From IMG/VR virus record IMGVR_UViG_3300042892_000699: a DNA stretch of 64,000 nt; one strand, 5' to 3'. The stretch is from a virus (lineage: Duplodnaviria; Caudoviricetes). The translations under genes and the position numbers were made by a program. Below the pieces are notes generated by a model. It had not been told where the DNA came from. It did no database searches and saw nothing but the letters and a program-made list of their open reading frames with translations. This document shows, piece after piece, positions 41,836 through 51,163 of the stretch (positions within the stretch are counted from its first letter, which is position 1; every line of letters begins with the position of its first letter).

Positions 41836-42278
41836 GTTTGAAGTTTAGTAAAGGCGGTTTTAAACTCAACAACCCGGAAAAGTATGTAGGTAACAAACTA
41901 CCTATATATAGAAGTAGTTGGGAGTTTACTGTGATGACATTTTGTGATAACAATCCTGCCGTACAGCAATGGAGCAGCGAACCTGTAAAAATTCCATATA
42001 AAGATCCATTATCAGGAAAGCAAACAATTTATGTACCAGACTTTCTTGTGGTATATCTTGACAAGACACAGAAACGTCACGCAGAACTATGGGAAGTAAA
42101 ACCTGCAAATCAAACACTTAAAGAAAAAGTTGGTAAAAATGTTTATAATCAGGCACAGTTTATAAAAAATCAAGCTAAATGGGCAGCAGCATCTCAGTGG
42201 TGTCAACAAAACGGTGTCAAATTTCGAATCCTTAATGAAGGAGATATTTTCCATAATCCTGGAAAACGAAATAAGTAA
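41832..42278 (+). CDS. gp4: Head completion protein, T4 gp4-like (TnsA-N-like nuclease fold)
   Basis: YRSSWE...WSSEPVKIPY...YVPDF...EVKP...KWAAA...F.ILNE. Confidence 0.85.
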   Translation: MSLKFSKGGFKLNNPEKYVGNKLPIYRSSWEFTVMTFCDNNPAVQQWSSEPVKIPYKDPLSGKQTIYVPDFLVVYLDKTQKRHAELWEVKPANQTLKEKVGKNVYNQAQFIKNQAKWAAASQWCQQNGVKFRILNEGDIFHNPGKRNK

Positions 42279-42282
42279 AAGT

Positions 42283-42762
42283 ATGACAAAGCGACTAGAA
42301 GAATTACTTAATATAGAAACCGGCGAGCCCGTTATTGCTGCCAAACCTGTTGATGCTGAACCTGTAGCAACTATTGACTTACAAGAAAAACTAGAAGAGT
42401 TTGATAAAATTGCGTCTGCTTTACCTAGAGTTAAAGGGCTAGGAGATATGGCTGATGGTGAATTAGATGCACTAGCCGACAAAGCAGAAAAAGCCTACGA
42501 TGATCTAATGGATCTAGGCATGAATGTAGAAGCACGTTATGGCGCACGTATGTTTGAAGTTGCAGCCAGCATGATGACACAGGCTATTGCTGCAAAGAGT
42601 GCTAAAATAGATAAGAAGTTAAAGATGGTTGATCTACAGTTAAAGAAGCTGGCGATCGACAAAAAGCACGGAGGCGAAAGTGGAGAAACTGTGCAAGGTG
42701 AAGGATATATACTTACGGACCGTAATAGTATCCTTGAAAAACTTAAAAATTTGAATAAATAA
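42283..42762 (+). CDS. Putative terminase small subunit (gp16-like), start corrected to ATG 42283
   Basis: Helical protein with ARMFEVAASMM resembling the PRAYEVAGQL core of T4-like small terminases; TAAGTA variant 5 nt before ATG. Confidence 0.45.
   Translation: MTKRLEELLNIETGEPVIAAKPVDAEPVATIDLQEKLEEFDKIASALPRVKGLGDMADGELDALADKAEKAYDDLMDLGMNVEARYGARMFEVAASMMTQAIAAKSAKIDKKLKMVDLQLKKLAIDKKHGGESGETVQGEGYILTDRNSILEKLKNLNK
42756..42761 (+). promoter_or_regulatory. Late promoter core, 7 nt before ATG
   Basis: aaTAAATAaatcatcATG overlapping the upstream stop. Confidence 0.65.
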
Positions 42763-42768
42763 ATCATC

Positions 42769-43356
42769 ATGAAATCATTCACCGAATACCTAACCGAGTC
42801 TAAGAAACAGTATGACTTCCGCATTAAAATTGCAGGAGAAATGTCTACTGAGAAGGAAGACACAATGAAGCGTTTGCTAGGGCGTTTTACTAACGAAAAT
42901 ACCCTAACAGGATTTAAAAAATCAAAGACGCCTATTCAAGCAGTACCGTTAGACTTTCCGCAAGTTAAAAACTGCGAAGTAAATATCTATGAAGTTACTC
43001 TAGATTTTCCAACAACACAGTTTGAACTAACAGAATATCTAGCAGCTGAATTAGGTATTGGCAAACAAAATCTTGTGGTTCGTCGTCCAGGCGAGCCAAG
43101 TGAAGAATATCAAATGCCCGCTGAGAAAAGAGAAGGGGCCTTATTGCTAGATCCTGACTATAAAGAGGCAGGCAATCCGCAGTTTGAAAATTACTACGGT
43201 GATAAGTACAATACTGGTTTTGTTAAAGAATTGAATGATATCTTAAAACTTCAACGTAAAGAACGTGGAGAAGAAATCCCAACAGAAGGTGCTGCCAAAT
43301 ACAATACGGATGCAGAGCCGGGTAACACAAGCCTATTTGGCGGCAAAGGAAAATAA
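42769..43356 (+). CDS. Putative internal head protein, 195 aa
   Basis: N-terminus MKSFTEYLTE resembles T4 capsid-targeting sequence MKTYQEFIAE. Confidence 0.55.
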   Translation: MKSFTEYLTESKKQYDFRIKIAGEMSTEKEDTMKRLLGRFTNENTLTGFKKSKTPIQAVPLDFPQVKNCEVNIYEVTLDFPTTQFELTEYLAAELGIGKQNLVVRRPGEPSEEYQMPAEKREGALLLDPDYKEAGNPQFENYYGDKYNTGFVKELNDILKLQRKERGEEIPTEGAAKYNTDAEPGNTSLFGGKGK

Positions 43357-43357
43357 T

Positions 43358-44011
43358 ATGCATATGATCGACGTACTAAAAAGACTAGCAGAACTTGATG
43401 CTAAGAATCCTAACATTGTTAAGGAAAGTGCTCAAGTTGGGGAGTGTGGAATGATGCCAGGCATGGTTCCAGAAATGGGCATGAACATTGCTCCGGAGAA
43501 GCCATCGATGCCAGCAAGCATTAATATGACAGCAGGCAGCGGTGACGAACTAAGCAACATGCTGGCCACTATTATGCAACTTGCAGGACAAAATAAACCT
43601 GTATCGGCAGCTCCTCCATTAGACAATGCTCCTCCAGCAGTCAGCACATTAGAACCAGCAGGTGCACCATCAGCAACTGATACTATGCGTAGTGTCATTG
43701 ACAAGTTGAATCCAATGGATGACAACGGTGAAGACGATGTTAATCAAGCACACGGTGATTTAGATAACGACGGTGATCACGACATGGATGATCACGATAT
43801 GGAAAAGAAAGACAAAGTTGACGAGTATGACAATACTCCAGCTGACCCAAATGACAAAGACGAGTTCGATGCAAACGCACACGCTCATCAAGAGAATCAG
43901 CCAGGGCAAGGCGATAGGATGGACGGAGATCGTCCAAAAGCATACGCAGATATGAACGAAGCAGTAAACGATCTATTTGCACAATATAAAAAGTTTGTAC
44001 GTGAAAACTGA
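43358..44011 (+). CDS. Acidic low-complexity putative prohead core protein (start corrected to ATG 43358)
   Basis: Asp/Pro/Met-rich, contains DLDNDGD motif and VKES, MNEA sites; ATG 1 nt after upstream stop. Confidence 0.55.
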   Translation: MHMIDVLKRLAELDAKNPNIVKESAQVGECGMMPGMVPEMGMNIAPEKPSMPASINMTAGSGDELSNMLATIMQLAGQNKPVSAAPPLDNAPPAVSTLEPAGAPSATDTMRSVIDKLNPMDDNGEDDVNQAHGDLDNDGDHDMDDHDMEKKDKVDEYDNTPADPNDKDEFDANAHAHQENQPGQGDRMDGDRPKAYADMNEAVNDLFAQYKKFVREN

Positions 44012-44027
44012 TCAAACTTGTTTTACC

Positions 44028-44056
44028 AAATAGCCTCTTCGGAGGCTATTTTTTTT
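44028..44056 (+). terminator. Intrinsic terminator with cUUCGg tetraloop
   Basis: aaatagcctc-ttcg-gaggctattt followed by T run. Confidence 0.9.
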
Positions 44057-44058
44057 AG

Positions 44059-44064
44059 TAAATA
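44059..44064 (+). promoter_or_regulatory. Late promoter core, 5 nt before terminase ATG
   Basis: gTAAATActgctATG, no SD in between. Confidence 0.7.
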
Positions 44065-44069
44065 CTGCT

Positions 44070-45650
44070 ATGGCCTACACCGATAATAAATTAGTTAAAA
44101 CTGCATACAGTGCTCAAAAATATACTGAAAAGGATATTGAAGAACTAATGAGCTGTACAGATCCAATTAACGGCCCACACTACTTTCTTGATCATTTCTT
44201 TTATATTCAACATCCCACTAAAGGTAAGTTACAATACGAACCGTTTGAATATCAGCGTAGACTAATTGACAGCTATCACGGAAATCGATTTAATGTAAAT
44301 TTGTTACCTCGACAAACAGGTAAGACTACAACGGCCGCAGGATATCTATTATGGTACGCTATGTTTATTCCAGATGCTACTGTTCTAGTAGCTGCTCACA
44401 AGTTTACCGGTGCCCAAGAAATTATGTCGCGCATTCGATATGCGTATGAATTATGTGCTGACCATATTCGTTGCGGTGTAAAGAGTTACAACAAACAGTC
44501 AATTGAATTTGACAATGGTTCGCGTATTATTGCACAGACAACAACTGAAACAACGGGTCGAGGTTTGTCATTGTCGCTACTATACGCCGACGAGTTTGCG
44601 TTCGTTGAACCTAATATTGCTGTTGAATTCTGGACTTCTATATCCCCTACACTTGCAACAGGCGGTAAAGCGATTATCACTTCAACGCCTAACAGTGACG
44701 AAGATCAATTTGCTAACATATGGAAAGAAGCAAACTACAAATTTGACGAATTTGGCAACGAACAAAAATTAGGACGCAACGGATTCTTTCCATTCAGGGC
44801 ATACTGGAACGAGCACCCGGATCGTGATGAAGTATGGGCCAATGAAGAACGTAGTCGTATTGGTGAAGAGCGTTTCCGTCGAGAACACGATTGCGAATTC
44901 TTAGTATTTGATGAAACATTAATTAACAGTATTTGTCTTGCAGGCATGGAGGGTGATGAGCCTTATATGAAAATGGGTCAAGCACGTTGGTATAAGAAAG
45001 TTAATCCAATGAGCACATATCTACTAGCACTAGACCCTAGTTTAGGTACAGGTGGTGACCCTGCTGCTATTCAAATTTTAGAAATTCCTAGCTTTGAACA
45101 AGTAGGTGAGTGGCAACATAATCTAACTACTGTACAAGGGCAGGTGCGTATACTTAGAGATTTGTGTAACTTTATTAACGATGAATGTGCTAACAAAGGT
45201 GTGCAGGCAAGCATATATTATTCAGTAGAAAACAACAATATTGGCGAAGCGGCACTAGTTGCTATTGAAGAAATTGGAGAAGAAAGTATCCCGGGATTGT
45301 TTTTAAGCGAACCTATTAAGAAAGGACATGTGCGCCGGTTCCGTAAGGGATTTAACACTACAAATTCTAGCAAAATCAATGCATGTGCTAAATTAAAACA
45401 TCTAGTAGAAAGCAAAAGATTCCGTGTTAGATCTAAACCTCTAATTAGCGAATTAAAAGGATATATTGCAAAAGGTGTTAGTTTTGAAGCTAAAGTAGGG
45501 CTGCATGACGACTTAGTAAGTGCTACGTTACTGGTTATACGCATGGCTTTAATGTTACAAGAATGGGATCCTGCAATTTACGATAAAATGCGGGAAGAGC
45601 GCGAGGACGAATTCCTAATGCCAATGCCTATCTATATATCTAATTACTAA
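44070..45650 (+). CDS. gp17: Terminase large subunit
   Basis: PRQTGKTT Walker A, LLYADEFAF Walker B, ITSTPNS motif III, LALDPSLGTGGD and HDDLV nuclease motifs. Confidence 0.96.
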   Translation: MAYTDNKLVKTAYSAQKYTEKDIEELMSCTDPINGPHYFLDHFFYIQHPTKGKLQYEPFEYQRRLIDSYHGNRFNVNLLPRQTGKTTTAAGYLLWYAMFIPDATVLVAAHKFTGAQEIMSRIRYAYELCADHIRCGVKSYNKQSIEFDNGSRIIAQTTTETTGRGLSLSLLYADEFAFVEPNIAVEFWTSISPTLATGGKAIITSTPNSDEDQFANIWKEANYKFDEFGNEQKLGRNGFFPFRAYWNEHPDRDEVWANEERSRIGEERFRREHDCEFLVFDETLINSICLAGMEGDEPYMKMGQARWYKKVNPMSTYLLALDPSLGTGGDPAAIQILEIPSFEQVGEWQHNLTTVQGQVRILRDLCNFINDECANKGVQASIYYSVENNNIGEAALVAIEEIGEESIPGLFLSEPIKKGHVRRFRKGFNTTNSSKINACAKLKHLVESKRFRVRSKPLISELKGYIAKGVSFEAKVGLHDDLVSATLLVIRMALMLQEWDPAIYDKMREEREDEFLMPMPIYISNY

Positions 45651-45656
45651 TAAATA
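45651..45656 (+). promoter_or_regulatory. Late promoter core, 6 nt before ATG
   Basis: TAAATAacacatATG immediately after terminase stop. Confidence 0.65.
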
Positions 45657-45662
45657 ACACAT

Positions 45663-48170
45663 ATGAAAGCTATTCAAATAATCTCCCAAGACTTGTTCGA
45701 TAAAGTCCGCAGTCGTTTCCAAAATTTGGAAATGGGCGACGAAACAGGTGCTGTAACCATTGATCCTGCAGAGGCAAGATTCTTTGATTTTGACTTTATT
45801 AACGAAGGTGTAAATCTAGGCCGTGTGAGCATTAGCCTAAACGATCTAGGTAGTCTTAAAATATACTACAGTCAAGGCATTACAGAAAATCAAGATGATC
45901 CTGCAAAAGGTATGTGGTACGATTTTCTAAAAGAAATGAGACTGTTTGCAATGCGTAGATTGCTACGTTTTGATACACGCGATATTGCTAAAACAAATTT
46001 AGATAAAAATGATTTTCAACATCTTGCAGCAACGCAAGGTACTAAGGAAGAACCCGAAATGAATACTATGAACGAAACTAAAAAAATTAGAAAAGGTGTA
46101 TCAGAAAACACTGGTCGTGAACTGACAAATACTCCACGTGATCGGTTGATATCGAGAATGAGTCCTAGTATTGATAATACCGCATTGATGCAAAAAGTTG
46201 GAAAAGTAGTGAATAGTCCAGAATTCAATAGTGATACTATTTTAAAAATAGTAGATGCTGGAGATTCTATAACACATCCCGTTGGACGTTATATCCAAAA
46301 AGAATTTGATGAACTACAATACGACCTAGGTAGACAATATGAGGATCATCCCGAAGAAATTGCTGAAAGACTACTATCAATGTTAAAAGATAGAACACAG
46401 CAACATATGGGAGAAGGTCTGCAAGAAAGCCGATGGAACCAAAGAAGTTCTAAAAAAACTAGCCGCGCTGTAAAAGGTGCCACAGAAGTTATTGTTAGAC
46501 ACCACAGTCCAGTAGATGAAATGTATCCAGGCGCACGTAGCCAGAAGAAAAACATCAAGGCAATTTACATTCAAAATAGAGACGGTGAAAGATTTAAATA
46601 TCCGTTCATTCATCCAGCTGGCGCATTTGCCATGGCTCAGCACGTTGACCACGGTGGCGTTCCACACGATCCAGCCGGCAAGGCAATTGTACGTATGAGT
46701 GAACAGATTGCCCAATTACAAGAATTCAGCAGACAAGTACAACACACTCAATTACATGATGATGCAATGGGCATTAAAGAAAGGGCCGTAGGCCGACTAC
46801 AAGAATTAAAAGCACAAATTGAATCATTGAGCAAGCGTCATCATTATGAAGCATGGACAGCAAGTTTTGTAGAACAAGATGAAACACTAATGGCAGATCT
46901 AGATCCTGTCACTATGGAAACATACAAGGCAAAATTTACAGAAACAAATTTCAAAGAAGATCTAGCAGCATTTTTTCCTCTAATTCACAGCATTATGCAA
47001 GAAGCCAATGCTGTTGATCTTGAAGATTTTGTTAATGAAGGAACTTGTTCCAAATGCGATTGCTCGCCGTGCGAATGCAACGACGACGATAAAGAAGTCA
47101 AGGAAAGTGTATTTGACGAATTTACAGAATGGGCAGAAGCGGTTGAGCAAGGTAAACTAACCGATGATCAAATTCAATCTTTAAAGCAGGCAATGGATGA
47201 ATTGCCTAACGGTGAGATAGAACTGGGTGTAGACGGTCAAACCGCATGGCAATTCTTCAGCAGCTTTGGTTTAGAAGATAGCGACCTCGAAGCAAAATTA
47301 AAAGGTGCGTTTGACTTAGATCCTACAACTGATCCTATCGAAGTATTACAAGTGTGGGCGCAGGAAAGTTACCCAGAGTTGTTAGTGGCATTAGGACTAA
47401 CTGGTGCTGCGCCTCAAGAGCCAGCAGCAGAAATGCCGCCTGTAGACGCTCCTGCTCCAGAACAACCTCCTGTTGCAGAAGGCAAAGATCCTAAGGCAAT
47501 GGTACAAGAAGTTGCTAAGATTGTTAAGAGTTTTTACAATCGTGACAATCCAGAAGTTGGACCATTCCGTGGCGGTGAAGGCATTGCATTAGATGTTGAA
47601 AAACAAATCAGTGAAAAGTTTGGAGAGCAAGCTGGACAACAGGCAAGACAAATGGCTGAACAATTTATGGAAAAACTAACTATGGAATGGCAACAGCGTC
47701 ACGGCACACCAGTTAATGGCGATGACGGATTGGCAAGATTAAAAGAACTAGTGGGAAACATCAAGGCAAAAGTTGAAGGTAGAGATAGTCATCAAGCTTC
47801 TACAACAATGAAGCACGTTGATGCCAGCAATGCCTCTGACACGGAAAAAGCAGCAATTAGACAAGCATCTAAAGATATCAAACCAGGTGTTAAAGGTTAC
47901 AGTGACAGGGCAGATGCATTAAAAGCTGCCGGTGTTCCGGACGACCGCGGTCCGAATGAAAGCGGTCCAGATAAGAGCCAAGTGCCTGCGTACAAACGCA
48001 AGGAACAAGGCGGCGACTGGAAGATGTCCACTAAAGATTTAGAAAAAGAAAAAACCAATAGCCCAACAAGCTCAGCAGGATTAGCCCGTAAAAAAGCAGA
48101 ACTGGGTCTAGGACAGAACGAATCTACTGACTTAGCAGCAATTATGAGAATTGCCAACTACAGAAAATAA
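45663..48170 (+). CDS. Large acidic hypothetical protein, possibly head-internal, 835 aa
   Basis: Late promoter; Glu-rich with repeated hydrophobic-x-E-(S/G) sites; no enzyme motif recognised. Confidence 0.6.
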   Translation: MKAIQIISQDLFDKVRSRFQNLEMGDETGAVTIDPAEARFFDFDFINEGVNLGRVSISLNDLGSLKIYYSQGITENQDDPAKGMWYDFLKEMRLFAMRRLLRFDTRDIAKTNLDKNDFQHLAATQGTKEEPEMNTMNETKKIRKGVSENTGRELTNTPRDRLISRMSPSIDNTALMQKVGKVVNSPEFNSDTILKIVDAGDSITHPVGRYIQKEFDELQYDLGRQYEDHPEEIAERLLSMLKDRTQQHMGEGLQESRWNQRSSKKTSRAVKGATEVIVRHHSPVDEMYPGARSQKKNIKAIYIQNRDGERFKYPFIHPAGAFAMAQHVDHGGVPHDPAGKAIVRMSEQIAQLQEFSRQVQHTQLHDDAMGIKERAVGRLQELKAQIESLSKRHHYEAWTASFVEQDETLMADLDPVTMETYKAKFTETNFKEDLAAFFPLIHSIMQEANAVDLEDFVNEGTCSKCDCSPCECNDDDKEVKESVFDEFTEWAEAVEQGKLTDDQIQSLKQAMDELPNGEIELGVDGQTAWQFFSSFGLEDSDLEAKLKGAFDLDPTTDPIEVLQVWAQESYPELLVALGLTGAAPQEPAAEMPPVDAPAPEQPPVAEGKDPKAMVQEVAKIVKSFYNRDNPEVGPFRGGEGIALDVEKQISEKFGEQAGQQARQMAEQFMEKLTMEWQQRHGTPVNGDDGLARLKELVGNIKAKVEGRDSHQASTTMKHVDASNASDTEKAAIRQASKDIKPGVKGYSDRADALKAAGVPDDRGPNESGPDKSQVPAYKRKEQGGDWKMSTKDLEKEKTNSPTSSAGLARKKAELGLGQNESTDLAAIMRIANYRK

Positions 48171-48220
48171 TTGGCAAAAATAACCGTATTTTCGTAGCCG
48201 TATAGGTTGCGATAATAAAT

Positions 48221-48260
48221 AAAACTGTGCATACTAAACACATGCACAGTTTTTCTTTTT
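48221..48260 (+). terminator. 12-bp inverted repeat with T tract upstream of gene 32 (terminator/operator)
   Basis: aaaactgtgcat-actaaacac-atgcacagtttt then tcttttt; overlaps TTGCGA-N17-CATACT (48207-48235) and follows TAAATA (48217-48222). Confidence 0.7.
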
Positions 48261-48314
48261 AGTCAGTAGGCTTTAAAGAAGAGGCATAATAAATCAACAT
48301 TAAGGAAAAACATT

Positions 48315-49325
48315 ATGGCAACATTAGCAGAAATTCGCGCAAAACTACAAGCATCTTCACAACAAGGCGGCGGGCAATCCGGCGGCGGTGATAATGCAAT
48401 TTACCCTCACTGGAACATGCCAGAAGGTTCGACTACAACAGTCCGCTTCCTTCCTGACGGTGACAGCTCAAATACTTTCTTCTGGATCGAACGTGCAATG
48501 ATCAAATTGCCATTTGCCGGTGTGAAAGGTGAAACCAATTCCAAGCCAGTGACTGTTCAAGTCCCATGTATGGAAATGTGGGGCGAGACATGTCCAATTC
48601 TTACTGAGGTTCGTCCTTGGTTCAAAGACAAGTCTTTGGAAGATATGGGTCGTAAGTACTGGAAGAAGAAGTCATACCTGTTCCAAGGTTTTGTGGGCGA
48701 AAGCAAACTACAGGAAGATAAGACTCCTGAAAATCCAATCCGTCGCTTCATCATCGGCTCACAAATTTTTAACATTGTTAAAAATGCTTTGATGGATAGT
48801 GAGATTGAAGAACTACCGACAGACTTGGTTCGTGGTCTTGATTTCAAGATTGCTAAAACAAGCAAAGGTGGTTATGCTGACTACTCTACTAGCACTTGGG
48901 CTCGTCGTGAACGTGCTCTAAGCGATGCAGAAAATGCTGCAATTGCACAACATGGATTGTATAATCTAAAAGACTTCTTGCCTAAGAAGCCAGGCGAAGT
49001 TGAACTCAAAGTCATGAAAGAAATGTTCGAAGCGTCAGTAGACGGTGAAGCATTTGATATGGATCGTTGGGGTCAATACTTCAAGCCAGCAGGCTATGGT
49101 GGTCGTGACAATGCAGAAGGTGGAGCGGCTAAATCAGCGGCAGCACCGGTGGCTAGACCAGCACCAGTACCTGCCGTTGAAGAGCCAGCACCTTGGGAAG
49201 ATGAAGTTGCAACAGCAGAGAAATCATTCACTCCTCCAGCCGCAAAAGCTGAGAGCGCAGGTGGGGAGGCATCGAGCAGAGCAGCCGATATCATTGCAAT
49301 GATTCGTAACCGTCAAAAAGACTAA
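48315..49325 (+). CDS. gp32: Single-stranded DNA-binding protein
   Basis: VRFLP, VPCMEMWGETCPI, YWKKKSYLFQGFV, GLDFKIAKTSKGGYADYSTS; SD taagga. Confidence 0.88.
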   Translation: MATLAEIRAKLQASSQQGGGQSGGGDNAIYPHWNMPEGSTTTVRFLPDGDSSNTFFWIERAMIKLPFAGVKGETNSKPVTVQVPCMEMWGETCPILTEVRPWFKDKSLEDMGRKYWKKKSYLFQGFVGESKLQEDKTPENPIRRFIIGSQIFNIVKNALMDSEIEELPTDLVRGLDFKIAKTSKGGYADYSTSTWARRERALSDAENAAIAQHGLYNLKDFLPKKPGEVELKVMKEMFEASVDGEAFDMDRWGQYFKPAGYGGRDNAEGGAAKSAAAPVARPAPVPAVEEPAPWEDEVATAEKSFTPPAAKAESAGGEASSRAADIIAMIRNRQKD

Positions 49326-49339
49326 TAGGAGAATAGACT

Positions 49340-50407
49340 ATGTCAAAGGCCTTCGATATTTCGAAGTTCCGCAAGTCTATTACGAAAAGTATTGATGGCT
49401 TGGGAATTGGGTTTAACGACCCCACCGATTGGATTTCAACCGGTAACTACGCCCTAAACTATCTTATCTCGGGGGACTTCTACAAAGGAGTTCCACTAGG
49501 CAAAGTAACAGTTTTTGCGGGCGAATCCGGTGCAGGTAAATCATATATCTGCTCTGGTAACATTATTAAAGCGGCACAAGAACAAGGTATTTTTGTTGTC
49601 TTAGTTGACAGCGAAAACGCCCTTGACGAAAAGTGGTTGCTTGATCTAGGTGTTAATACAAGTGAAGATAAACTTCTAAAACTTAACATGGCTATGATTG
49701 ACGACGTGGCAAAAACCATTAGTGAATTCATGAAAGAATACAAAACCATGCCCGAAGATTCGCGTCCTAAGGTATTATTTGTAATTGATTCATTGGGTAT
49801 GTTGTTGACTCCTACAGACGTTAATCAGTTCGAAGCAGGCGAGATGAAAGGTGACATGGGTCGTAAGCCTAAGGCACTTACTTCATTGGTTCGTAACTGT
49901 GTAAACATGTTTGGCTCGTGGAATGTAGGTATGGTTTGTACAAATCACACATACGCTAGCCAGGATATGTTTGATCCAGATGATAAGATTAGTGGCGGGC
50001 AAGGATTTGTCTATGCAAGTTCTATTGTAGTTGCTATGAAGAAACTCAAACTGAAAACTGACGCTGATGGTAATAAGACTACAACTGTTAACGGTATTCG
50101 TGCAGCTTGTAAGATTATGAAAACACGTTATGCAAAGCCGTTCGAGTCAGTGCAAGTAGAAATTCCGTATACAACTGGCATGAGTCCCTACAGCGGATTG
50201 GTTGATTTGTTCGAAGCTAAAAATATGTTGAAGAAAGAAGGCAACAGTCTTGTTTACACAACAGTCGATGGTGAAATAATCAAACAATTCCGTAAGGCTT
50301 GGGAAAAGAACGAAAAAGACGGGCTAACCATTATGATGGAAGATATTTCCAAGAATGGAGAAAAAGCCTTAGATCCAATAGCACTTGAAGACAATGAGGA
50401 AGCATAA
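49340..50407 (+). CDS. uvsX: RecA-like recombinase
   Basis: ISTGNYALN, GESGAGKS, VDSENA, IDSLG, NHTY, SGGQG. Confidence 0.93.
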   Translation: MSKAFDISKFRKSITKSIDGLGIGFNDPTDWISTGNYALNYLISGDFYKGVPLGKVTVFAGESGAGKSYICSGNIIKAAQEQGIFVVLVDSENALDEKWLLDLGVNTSEDKLLKLNMAMIDDVAKTISEFMKEYKTMPEDSRPKVLFVIDSLGMLLTPTDVNQFEAGEMKGDMGRKPKALTSLVRNCVNMFGSWNVGMVCTNHTYASQDMFDPDDKISGGQGFVYASSIVVAMKKLKLKTDADGNKTTTVNGIRAACKIMKTRYAKPFESVQVEIPYTTGMSPYSGLVDLFEAKNMLKKEGNSLVYTTVDGEIIKQFRKAWEKNEKDGLTIMMEDISKNGEKALDPIALEDNEEA

Positions 50408-50658
50408 TGGAAGAGCAACTAATCTTTGAAATTTGGGACACATTTAGAGATCACATTCCTGAAAAGGGCCGTGAATTTGCAGCGTCACAATTTGTTGATT
50501 TTTTAGTTAACAAAGATGTCGAAGCTGACACATTAGAAGGACTATTAGGGTATGATCCACATCTTGACGATGCTATCGAATTAGTAATGAAAGAATTTAA
50601 TGAAGAAGAAGATGACAGCTTTATTGAAGACGATGATTTCTACGAAGATGAGGATTAA
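50407..50658 (+). CDS. Small highly acidic hypothetical protein, 83 aa
   Basis: TAATG overlap with uvsX; ends EEEDDSFIEDDDFYEDED. Confidence 0.7.
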   Translation: MEEQLIFEIWDTFRDHIPEKGREFAASQFVDFLVNKDVEADTLEGLLGYDPHLDDAIELVMKEFNEEEDDSFIEDDDFYEDED

Positions 50659-50660
50659 TT

Positions 50661-51116
50661 ATGGGATGGTATTCTAAAGTTAGTAAGGACATTGCTCACT
50701 TACCTGACTGCATAGAATACTTTTATAAAGAAATAGATAGTGCAAGGGCCGAAGTTAAGATCTACGGAAAAGTAGAGAAAGCTTCGGCTTCTTTACCTGG
50801 AATTGTTGAACAAAGGTTTAACCAATTGCAGGAAATTGAAGCAGTATTAGAATATTTGAACATTGAGTTGCGCCGTATTCGAAGCAAAGCCTTTAAGAAA
50901 TATCTAGAGAATTATCAAAGAGCACTAAGCAGTCGAGATGTTGAAAAATACGTCGATGGTGAAGCAGATGTTGTTGATATGGAAAAAATTATCAACGAAT
51001 TTGCCATGCTGAGAAATCAATGGCTGGGCATTATCAAGGCACTGGATATCAAACAGTGGCAACTTAGCAATATTATCAAACTCCGCGCTGCCGGATTGGA
51101 CGATATTTCCCTCTAA
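50661..51116 (+). CDS. uvsY: Recombination mediator, UvsY-like
   Basis: Helical, LSSRDVEKYVDGEADV motif equivalent to UvsY ...K.Y...D; located between uvsX and uvsW. Confidence 0.65.
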   Translation: MGWYSKVSKDIAHLPDCIEYFYKEIDSARAEVKIYGKVEKASASLPGIVEQRFNQLQEIEAVLEYLNIELRRIRSKAFKKYLENYQRALSSRDVEKYVDGEADVVDMEKIINEFAMLRNQWLGIIKALDIKQWQLSNIIKLRAAGLDDISL

Positions 51117-51118
51117 CT

Positions 51119-51142
51119 AAAAAAGGACTTGCGTCCTTTTTT
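51119..51142. terminator. Bidirectional intrinsic terminator
   Basis: aaaaaaggac-ttgc-gtcctttttt. Confidence 0.85.
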
Positions 51143-51157
51143 GTTTTCCTGTATAAT
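51129..51157 (+). promoter_or_regulatory. Sigma70-type promoter, -10 ends 6 nt before ATG
   Basis: TTGCGT-N17-TATAAT-gttagt-ATG. Confidence 0.75.
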
Positions 51158-51163
51158 GTTAGT

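Noticed and set aside
41832-42278. Tn7 TnsA transposase / mobile element
   Set aside because: Fold similarity is that of T4 gp4 head completion protein; located in the morphogenesis operon with no transposon ends or partner genes
3690-48314. tRNA or other structured ncRNA genes in intergenic gaps
   Set aside because: Gaps are under 150 nt and explained by terminators/promoters; no cloverleaf, T-loop GTTCGA or CCA end recognised
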